Shown: positions 25,055 to 32,000 of the stretch, piece after piece
Position numbering within the stretch: the stretch's first letter is position 1
Layout of the letters: each line of letters begins with the position of its first letter
Origin: Synechococcus sp. C9
GTDB taxonomy: Bacteria; Cyanobacteriota; Cyanobacteriia; Gloeomargaritales; Gloeomargaritaceae
DNA: 32,000 nucleotides
Reading direction: 5' to 3'
Assembly (NCBI RefSeq): GCF_022984075.1
Contig: NZ_JALAAD010000001.1
Location: 878,455 to 910,454 of the forward strand
The notes under the pieces: model-generated
What the model was told of the DNA's origin: nothing
Databases searched by the model: none
What the model saw: the letters and a program-made list of their open reading frames with translations, nothing else
Program-made: the position numbers and the translations under genes

Positions 25055-28000
25055 GGTTAGTGCTACGCCGTCGTTGATGTCCGGGTCGAGGTGCAAATTG
25101 GCTGCTCGCCGTAACCGTTCTTCCAAGTCCCGCAGATCGGACAACAATTCTTCCTGTTTCTCGATTGCTTTGGCGAGGCGTTTGGCTTCTTTGCCGCTGG
25201 TGCCCGCTGTGTTTTTCTGGGTGCGGAGGGAATCGAGCAAGCTGGTTTGTAGGCGAATTTCTGGCTCGACGGCGTTGAGCAATACTTTGAACAGGGTGTC
25301 CCGGTCGTATTGCCGGGCGTGTAGCCAGACGGCGAAATTTTTCTTGGGGGATTGCAACAGCCAGTAGATGGGTCGCTTGCGGTATTGTTGCAGGTGCCGC
25401 TTGAAAAAAGGTTCTCCCAGGTCGTTGGCGAGTCGTTCGCTCAGATTCCCTGAACCGCAGGCGGTGGCGGTGGTCACTACCTCGGTAGCGGCGGTTTCTC
25501 CCAAGCGGGTTTCCAACTGATTGAGTACCTGCTCAGCCAGTTTGTGCCGTGACCAGAAGGCTCCCTGTGCAAAGACTTTCATCACGGCAAAGCTAATCCA
25601 GGCGTGCGCCAACCCTGTGCGGTCTGTGGGAATGCTGATGGACTCTTCCTCGTTTTCTAAGGACTCCGTCCCGCTAACGCGAACGGTGGGGGGGTCGTCG
25701 TCTTCGGTTGCGGGTGGGCTTTCGGCTAATTCGGTTTCAATGGCGGCACGGTCTTGGTCGCTAATGCCGTAGAGCCGATAGACTTCTTCGTCAATCTGCC
25801 GTTCGATCTCGGCGAGTTGGGTGTGGCGTTGGGCAACCTGTTCCAGTCCATCCGACCAGGGGGGCGGGGCGACAAAATCCCAGGTGGTCTCATCTTCGGC
25901 ACTGTCCTGTTTGGCAAGGGCAATGGCTTGCTCGACCAGGGCTTCTAGTTCGGGGCTGGATTGATCGGGAATGGGTAATCGTTCCAGGTCGCCGACTTGT
26001 GTATTTACGGTCGGGTTAATGAGCCACAGTAGATATTGGAATACAGAAGAATTCAGTACAGCAAGCAATTGCATTGGATTTTGTGGGAATAGACCTGATG
26101 TTGCGTCTGCAAAAATAAACCCTTCAGGGGATAATCTCGCTGTAAATCTTCCACTCGTTACTTTAGGACACGTCACGCCGCGGCGGAAGTAGTAGTCGGG
26201 GTTCTTAGCGACCCATTCCCATTTGCCATCCAAATACGGATAACGCTCACAAATCCAGTTTTTGATCTCCGCACCATCATTTTCCCAGTTGACGACATAT
26301 TCCTGGTTGCCATACCAGCGTTGGAACGAGCCGCCCTTCATATAGGGGAACCAGCGTTTTTGGGTCTGCCGGGCTTCTTCGGCGTTTTGGCAACCAAAAG
26401 CGATGTGGGATGCGCCAACTTCCCACCAGTAACGCAGGAAACGGAAATTATCGGCAGTGGCTAAACCTTGCCGGGGTTGTGCTACATCTCCCAGTTTCGG
26501 CAGGGTCTGGAAGAGGCGGCGCAGTCCGGGTGGGATCCAATACACCCAGGGGCTACCGGGGATGGCGGCAAAGTCTTTTTGGGCATAGCGGCAGATGATC
26601 GGGTCGGTGTCGAGGTGGCACAGTGCTTGCTCAAACCGTCGGCGTTTGCTCTCGGCATCGGGTTCCTTCACCAACCGGAAATAGGTGCCAATACTCTCCT
26701 GTCGCCGCTGGGCGTTGGGTTCCTTGCGAAGGACAATCAGCGTCGTATTCACCTTCTCACCGGAGACTTCATCGAAAGCACGGGGACCAACGTGACCGAT
26801 TACTTCATTCACGGATTGTTCACCAAGCCAATTACGCAACTTCTCGTAACTGGAGATGAACATGAACGATTGCTGTGTGATCATACCGAGTCGTCCGCTG
26901 TTTCTGAGCAAGTCAATCCCCCGGAGAATAAAAGCCGCATAGAGATCACCCTTTCCCGTCGGGTACAACTTAGCAATGGCTTCTCTCATAACCGGATTCA
27001 TGTTTCGTGCCGTCATATACGGCGGATTCGTCACGACCACATCGTAGGTTTGACCTAGCAATTCCAGCAGTCTCAACCCCTGCACGGTCTCCTGAGCAAA
27101 ATAGGTCTGGTTGTATCCCCGCTCCGTTTCGGCTTTGGCAAAGGCATCGAGGGCTTGGCTGACTTGCTCTTCGAGGGTTTCCCAAAATTTCCCCTGGCTT
27201 GCTTCGCTCTCAAATTGTGCCTGGCTCCAGCCAAAAATGTCCGGTTGTCGCCCTTCTTTCTCGTAACGCTGACGCTCCACCTCGATCAACTGACGGATGC
27301 GCTTTTCCAGGGGCAATAGCGAGCCAAGATGTTCGGAGAGTTGGAGTTCCTCTTGCAAGGCTTGGAGAATCCGACCGTAAATGGGGCGTTGGTTCAAGCC
27401 AGCCGACTGGAGAAAAGCCCCCAACCGTTCCCCATTGAGCATATGCACATTGGCACAGGCTAAGCGTGATTGGCTGAGCGACCGCCGGGGTGCCAGCACC
27501 TTCGCCTTCAGGTACAACGCCAAGGCACTGATCTGGACGGCACGGGGATCAATGTCAATGCCATGTAGGTTGTGGGCGAGAATTGCGGCAGGGATTTCCT
27601 CCAGGGAAGCGACGGGGGGCGTTTCACGCCAACCGGGTTGACCGGCTCGCTCGCATTCCTCCCGATACATTTCCACAAAGAGATCAAAGGCGACCAAGCC
27701 AAAGTGCATGGTTCCGCAAGCCGGATCGAGCAGGCGAATGGAACGGATAGTGCGGACTGGACTACTTCTGGGTGCAACCTGGCGTGGGATGTAGTAGTGC
27801 AATTGCTCGGCAAGGGGGGAGTCAGGGTGCATCTCCAGCCAAAGCGTCCCCAGGGTGTTGTGAACAAGAAAGCGAACCATCCAATAAGGCGTGAAAATCT
27901 GCGTGGCGGCTGGGATGTCGTGAGGGGTGACTTTTTGCTTTTTCTTGTACAACTTCTCAAACACTTCGTCTTTTTCAGCTTCGACAAAAAACTGATACAC

Positions 28001-28627
28001 CCAACCCAATGTTTCCTCACTGCCCGGTTGCCATGCCTCGGCGAGGTCGGGGGTGTTGAGCGTTTCGGCAAGTTGCTTGAGAGCAGTGGCAGGGGGAGCG
28101 AGTCGGGTAGCCAGATTATCGGGGTCAAACAACACCCGGATTTCCGCCGCTAATTCCCCACAACGTGCCAACAGGAAGCGATGATAGGCGGCACTGCGAT
28201 ACTCCCCACCCCGCTCGTAATCTGCCAGATCAGCCTCCCGTCCAGTCTGCGTGACCCAGTGCTTGAAGCCATTGGAGTCTTCCCAACGTCCGATGGTTTC
28301 CCGGATCAGCTTGCGAGTCTCCAGCATTTTGAACGCAACGAAGCGGTTCAGCCAAGTAAAGGCGACTTCCCGCACCAGTTGCCGGTAAGCATCCACTTTG
28401 CTGATTCCCTGGGACTCAAGCAAATCAAAATGTTCCAACACCTGCAACCGCACGGATCGCTCTTCCTCGCTCAAGTGCGCCACCGAAGCCGTCCGATCTG
28501 CTATCAATGAGTTTCCTTTGAGAAAAATGGTGAACCGCCCTTCCAGCCGTTGCGCCACCGCCTCTTCCAACCACCGGCGGGATTGGGTGACGACGTTGCG
28601 GAGCTTGTTGCGAATTTCTGGGTGCAT
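24929..28627 (-). CDS. pglX: BREX-1 adenine-specific DNA methyltransferase PglX
   Basis: 1232-aa ORF. The N-terminal helical region is MHPEIRNKLRNVVTQSRRWLEEAV. It has LDPACGTMHF (SAM-binding motif I-like) and VVVTNPPYMTARN (the NPPY catalytic motif of N6-adenine methyltransferases). Its size and its position between brxC and pglZ fit PglX. Confidence 0.9.
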   Translation of the reverse strand: MHPEIRNKLRNVVTQSRRWLEEAVAQRLEGRFTIFLKGNSLIADRTASVAHLSEEERSVRLQVLEHFDLLESQGISKVDAYRQLVREVAFTWLNRFVAFKMLETRKLIRETIGRWEDSNGFKHWVTQTGREADLADYERGGEYRSAAYHRFLLARCGELAAEIRVLFDPDNLATRLAPPATALKQLAETLNTPDLAEAWQPGSEETLGWVYQFFVEAEKDEVFEKLYKKKQKVTPHDIPAATQIFTPYWMVRFLVHNTLGTLWLEMHPDSPLAEQLHYYIPRQVAPRSSPVRTIRSIRLLDPACGTMHFGLVAFDLFVEMYREECERAGQPGWRETPPVASLEEIPAAILAHNLHGIDIDPRAVQISALALYLKAKVLAPRRSLSQSRLACANVHMLNGERLGAFLQSAGLNQRPIYGRILQALQEELQLSEHLGSLLPLEKRIRQLIEVERQRYEKEGRQPDIFGWSQAQFESEASQGKFWETLEEQVSQALDAFAKAETERGYNQTYFAQETVQGLRLLELLGQTYDVVVTNPPYMTARNMNPVMREAIAKLYPTGKGDLYAAFILRGIDLLRNSGRLGMITQQSFMFISSYEKLRNWLGEQSVNEVIGHVGPRAFDEVSGEKVNTTLIVLRKEPNAQRRQESIGTYFRLVKEPDAESKRRRFEQALCHLDTDPIICRYAQKDFAAIPGSPWVYWIPPGLRRLFQTLPKLGDVAQPRQGLATADNFRFLRYWWEVGASHIAFGCQNAEEARQTQKRWFPYMKGGSFQRWYGNQEYVVNWENDGAEIKNWICERYPYLDGKWEWVAKNPDYYFRRGVTCPKVTSGRFTARLSPEGFIFADATSGLFPQNPMQLLAVLNSSVFQYLLWLINPTVNTQVGDLERLPIPDQSSPELEALVEQAIALAKQDSAEDETTWDFVAPPPWSDGLEQVAQRHTQLAEIERQIDEEVYRLYGISDQDRAAIETELAESPPATEDDDPPTVRVSGTESLENEEESISIPTDRTGLAHAWISFAVMKVFAQGAFWSRHKLAEQVLNQLETRLGETAATEVVTTATACGSGNLSERLANDLGEPFFKRHLQQYRKRPIYWLLQSPKKNFAVWLHARQYDRDTLFKVLLNAVEPEIRLQTSLLDSLRTQKNTAGTSGKEAKRLAKAIEKQEELLSDLRDLEERLRRAANLHLDPDINDGVALTIAPLWELVPWKEAKKYWEELLAGKYEWSSISKQLREKGLVK

Positions 28628-28631
28628 GGGG

Positions 28632-28805
28632 CTACCAAAGTCTGTTCAATCCGTAACAATCGAACGTCCCATCAGCGGATACAAGGCACAGTCCCTCGAC
28701 CAGGGCGGTTGCGGCAATGAGACGGTCGAACGGATCACGGTGGTATAGCGGCATTGTCGAGAGGGGTTCGATATGAGCCGATTCTAGCGGTAATAAATGG
28801 ATGTC
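28632..28805 (-). pseudogene. PIN-domain toxin remnant (C-terminal ~57 codons only) - cassette 3
   Basis: Hand translation of the frame ending at TAG 28632-28634: ...IHLLPLESAHIEPLSTMPLYHRDPFDRLIAATALVEGLCLVSADGTFDCYGLNRLW*. This aligns with the C-terminal halves of PIN1 and PIN2 (LPI...HHRDPFDRLL.AQAL.E..PLVSAD...YG..R.W). The N-terminal ~70 codons, including the MR.LLD.H motif, are missing. The only in-frame ATG (28754) leaves 40 aa. Confidence 0.7.
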
Positions 28806-29068
28806 TTCTCTAAATAATCCCGCATATCTTCAAGAGGTTCCTTGAAGTCGTCGGGTACAGTGAACTGCCCCTCATAACGACCTGCTTTGGGAATGCCCGT
28901 GACCGGGGGGCGTGGTCGTGGTGGACTGGCTTGCACAAGCGACCAAGGAATGATCTGGGCAACCGGACGCTCATTCTCGGTGATGGTCACCACTTCATCC
29001 GGCGCAAGACAGTGGATCAATTCAGCGAGGGTGTTCTGAGCTTCGTTGAGTGAAACAGTTTTTGCCAT
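28784..29068 (-). CDS. Phd/YefM-type antitoxin - cassette 3 (orphan, extended C-terminus)
   Basis: MAKTVSLNEAQNTLAELIHCLAPDEVVTITENERPVAQIIP is the same fold signature as antitoxins 1 and 2. The C-terminus ...DDFKEPLEDMRDY matches the ...PLEEFEEY ending of antitoxin 2, then runs on 9 extra codons (LEKTSIYYR) into former toxin sequence. GGAG lies 8 nt upstream of ATG 29068; the track start at 29089 is TTG. Confidence 0.75.
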   Translation of the reverse strand: MAKTVSLNEAQNTLAELIHCLAPDEVVTITENERPVAQIIPWSLVQASPPRPRPPVTGIPKAGRYEGQFTVPDDFKEPLEDMRDYLEKTSIYYR

Positions 29069-29092
29069 CTGCTTTCTCCAACTTTGCAAAAT

Positions 29093-32000
29093 TTACTCCA
29101 AAATAACAATCGCTCCTTCATCAATACACTTCTGAAGGGAATCCCGAATCCGGTCAAGTACCTGGTCGAGTTCCGCCTGCGTCTGAATGGGACGACTGAA
29201 AAATTCTGATACTTTTATCTTTCGCACCGGGGCTTTCTTCTCTCTACCGATGGAGAGTTCCTGCAACTTGACCAGCACCGACGATTTCAACCCCTCCACA
29301 GCCGCAAGGTCGGATTCCATTTCTGTGAGGCTGGATGTGCCCAGGGATTGCCCTTCTGTCACAGCCTGTTTGTCCTCTTCCGTGCCCACGCGACTCTGCA
29401 AGGGGGACAACAGGGATTGAGCCAGACTGGGGTTCGCGGCTGCCACAGGTGCCCACTCAGGACGGTTTTGAATTTCGTCAATGGCTGACTCGTAAGCCTG
29501 TTTGCGACGGTCGAAAAGCTCACAGTAGGCGGTTTGGTACGCCTCCAGCACCTGTTTGGTGTAGGCAACAATGTTGTCCCACGCATCGAGAAACTGCTCT
29601 GAAACGAGCAGGGCTTTGAGTTCTTCAACCCTAGTGTGAAGTTCGGGGGAGGGGGCATGAGCCGACAGCCGTTGCCACACTTGCTCGGTTGCCTGACGGG
29701 CTTGCCGGAGAATGGCGATAGCCTCCTGGTTCAGGAACTCCCGCAGTTTACGCACCTTGTCCCGTGTTGCTCCGAACTCTCTGCCGCTCTCGGTCAGAAT
29801 GCGAACGCAATCATCAGAAGCGGAGGACTGAATCCCCATCAAGGTTTGCTGGTACTCCGAAAGCATGGGCAACACCGGCAGGCGATGGGCTTCGGCAAGG
29901 GCTTTGAGGGGATAGAGCTTTGCCAGTTCCTCGGCGGCAACTTTCTGAAAGGCGGTGGCAATGGCTCCTTCCTCCACATCCACCTCTTCCCCGGTCAGGT
30001 TCTCCAGTTGCTGTACAGCTTGGGTAAGGGTTTTGAGACCAACCGATTGGCGGGGCGAGAACAGCGACGAGCGAAATGCTGAAATGTTGGTAAATGGGGT
30101 GCGGGAAGCGGGGTCTTGGTAGTTGTGAAAACGGTTGCTTTGATAAGTAACTTCAATCTCGCCCGCCCGGAATAGGGTAGCCAGAATCAGCCGTAGCATA
30201 TCCCGTTCCCAGCCGTAGGGCGTGCCGCTGAAACGTTTTTCCAGTGCCTTGCCCATGCAGGTGTCTCTGTTGCCATAACTGAATTCGCTCTTGAGGTAGT
30301 CCAGCACTTCTTTGGCAACGGGGGCGGTGGTGCAGATGATATTTTTCGCACCGTCCTTGACGACCAGCCCTAACCCTTGCTCCCCGGCGTAGAAGACGTT
30401 GGGCAGGGCTTTCAGGTCGGCGGCTTTGAGAATCTGCTCAGCTTCATCCCCTTTAAGCGGACGAGAACCCATTGGCAACTTGGGGTAGAGGTCAGGCACC
30501 ACTTGCCCGAAGAGCTTTTTGAGGATTTCGCCCAAACTTTTTCCCAAGGCAGAAGCATCCTTCTGCACACCCCGGAACATACCCGTGCCACTCTCTAAGG
30601 CTTCGGTGAGCTTGTCCCGCAGGCGAATTTCATAGCCGTTTTTTAAGTTTTTCTCGTCTTGCAGGCAGGTGGCTTCGTCGGGGCTGATTTTTTGTTGGGC
30701 ACTCAACTGGTTGTATTTGTCCACCATTTTGCAGGAAGCATAAAGTTGATGGACAAGTTCATCAATCTCTGGAGTCAGGCAGAAGAGCCAATACAAATCA
30801 TTTTCGTGGGATTTTTGCTGGCTTTCGGTGCGGATTTCCTCAAGGCGTTGGGTGAGTTCATCGGCATCGTCCGAAACACATAAAGTCAGGGGCAATTCCC
30901 CTTCATCTCCAATGCTGGTGCCGTCAACATTAATGCCGATACGAAACGAGCGATTTTGATAGCGGAAGGTCTTGAACTCCGGATCATTAAAGAGCTGCTG
31001 CAGGGCAGTACGGATAAGTTCCCTTTCTTCACGGGGCTTGGGATCGAGATACCCGCTGCGTTCGTTGGTCCAGCTCTTTTCTTGAGCAGTCTGGAGCTTC
31101 CAGCCTTCCTCAGTGTTGCGAATGAATTTGGCGGACTCCAGTCGCTTCACGGCGGCTTGCACTTCCTTGAGGGGGGCAGCCTTACCAACTTCATCCACGA
31201 GCATGGCGGCAATGTTGACTTCAGTGCGGGGCAGGTCACGAATGAACTCCAGGAGACAGATGACTTTAGCGACCTGCAAAGCCCAGCCCTGATCGTCGGG
31301 ATCGGTCTTGAATCGCTCCGAGATTTCGTAAATGTCCGTACGTTTCTCGTTGGAAAGATTGCCCTCCACCAACTCGAACACCTTGTCGAGGGTCACCAAT
31401 GCCCCAATCGGCTTGTTGGCAAAAGCGGTGCGCTCGGACACGAGCATCTCGTAGGCTTGTTTGATGATTGTGCGGTTACTGCCGCCGTAATGCCGGGGGG
31501 CGCCAGGTTGCAACCGGATACCTGACATGATGCCGATGCACAGGTCAATGTAGTGGGGGGGATAGGGATAGAATTGCACGAAATCCGCCTCGGTAATCTC
31601 CGTGCGGTGGGTGGGGCGTTCCAAACGCAGAGCGGCGTTTAGTTGTCCTTCGTTTTTCTTGAACAAATCCCGTAGGAGTGCTTCAGCTTCGGGCTGCTTC
31701 GCCAGGACACGCTTGGTGGCGACTTCCCGAATGTCGGACGGGGCAAGGTCAACCCGGTAACGGAACCGGTCTTGGAGTTTGGCTAACTCTACCCTTTTAG
31801 AGTCAATGGCGGCGACTACTTCATCGAGCTTTTCCTGGGATGTGACCACAATCCAGCAGGGAGCAATGATCTTTCTCGCCTTGAGCAAGTTTTTGCCAAC
31901 CTTGCCAAACTCCTCAATGGTCGCCCGCAGGTCTTCAATTTTGTCACCGCTCCGAGCCACGTGCTGACCCACTTCGTCAATGATAAATACAAGTGCTTTC
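29093..32000 (-). CDS. brxC: BREX system P-loop ATPase BrxC/PglY (partial; N-terminus beyond the right window edge)
   Basis: The reading frame stays open upstream of the track's GTG at 31972, right to the window edge: KALVFIIDEVGQHVARSGDKIEDL..., where FIIDEV is Walker B-like. More than 960 aa are in the window, and the gene sits directly upstream of pglX as in type 1 BREX. The helical repeat-rich C-terminal two-thirds is typical of BrxC. Confidence 0.85.
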   Translation of the reverse strand, partial: KALVFIIDEVGQHVARSGDKIEDLRATIEEFGKVGKNLLKARKIIAPCWIVVTSQEKLDEVVAAIDSKRVELAKLQDRFRYRVDLAPSDIREVATKRVLAKQPEAEALLRDLFKKNEGQLNAALRLERPTHRTEITEADFVQFYPYPPHYIDLCIGIMSGIRLQPGAPRHYGGSNRTIIKQAYEMLVSERTAFANKPIGALVTLDKVFELVEGNLSNEKRTDIYEISERFKTDPDDQGWALQVAKVICLLEFIRDLPRTEVNIAAMLVDEVGKAAPLKEVQAAVKRLESAKFIRNTEEGWKLQTAQEKSWTNERSGYLDPKPREERELIRTALQQLFNDPEFKTFRYQNRSFRIGINVDGTSIGDEGELPLTLCVSDDADELTQRLEEIRTESQQKSHENDLYWLFCLTPEIDELVHQLYASCKMVDKYNQLSAQQKISPDEATCLQDEKNLKNGYEIRLRDKLTEALESGTGMFRGVQKDASALGKSLGEILKKLFGQVVPDLYPKLPMGSRPLKGDEAEQILKAADLKALPNVFYAGEQGLGLVVKDGAKNIICTTAPVAKEVLDYLKSEFSYGNRDTCMGKALEKRFSGTPYGWERDMLRLILATLFRAGEIEVTYQSNRFHNYQDPASRTPFTNISAFRSSLFSPRQSVGLKTLTQAVQQLENLTGEEVDVEEGAIATAFQKVAAEELAKLYPLKALAEAHRLPVLPMLSEYQQTLMGIQSSASDDCVRILTESGREFGATRDKVRKLREFLNQEAIAILRQARQATEQVWQRLSAHAPSPELHTRVEELKALLVSEQFLDAWDNIVAYTKQVLEAYQTAYCELFDRRKQAYESAIDEIQNRPEWAPVAAANPSLAQSLLSPLQSRVGTEEDKQAVTEGQSLGTSSLTEMESDLAAVEGLKSSVLVKLQELSIGREKKAPVRKIKVSEFFSRPIQTQAELDQVLDRIRDSLQKCIDEGAIVILE

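Noticed and set aside
25521-28153. Multiple ORFs within pglX, both antisense (e.g. 26468-27058, 27572-28153) and same-strand off-frame (27508-28128, 206 aa)
   Set aside because: All are nested in the 1232-aa PglX frame, which carries the NPPY methyltransferase motif. The nested translations are low complexity with no start context. I saw no evidence for a genuine overlapping gene, and none is needed to explain the locus.

Overview
The gene content looks cyanobacterial and the sequence looks GC-rich by eye. The window splits into two parts. Positions 1-18.5 kb hold housekeeping genes: a partial serine hydrolase, an MBL-fold hydrolase, dxr, hemW, htpG, acylphosphatase, metK, a cNMP-binding protein with a CDF transporter, a GH57 glycosidase, an HLIP-family protein, tRNA-Ser(GGA), a MAPEG protein, hemF, a DUF1565 beta-helix protein and an M15 D-Ala-D-Ala carboxypeptidase. 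Almost every intergenic gap there carries a copy of a ~100-bp MITE-like element with short terminal inverted repeats and a conserved ~34-nt GC-rich core (11 cores counted). Positions 18.8-32 kb are one tightly packed minus-strand type 1 BREX operon: brxC (partial, runs off the right edge), pglX, pglZ, brxL. Both internal junctions of this operon are occupied by same-strand Phd/YefM-type antitoxin plus PIN-toxin cassettes. One decayed cassette (intact antitoxin, PIN reduced to its C-terminus) lies between brxC and pglX. Two intact, divergent cassettes lie between pglX and pglZ, separated by a duplicated remnant of the pglX 3' end. A ~230-bp direct repeat with an 838-bp period (pglX 3' end plus antitoxin 5' end) brackets the divergent toxin-antitoxin (TA) cargo. 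The BREX-embedded, apparently translationally coupled TA array with its conserved recombination anchor is the most unusual feature. All functional calls come from reading the supplied translations and my own hand translations; no database search was possible.
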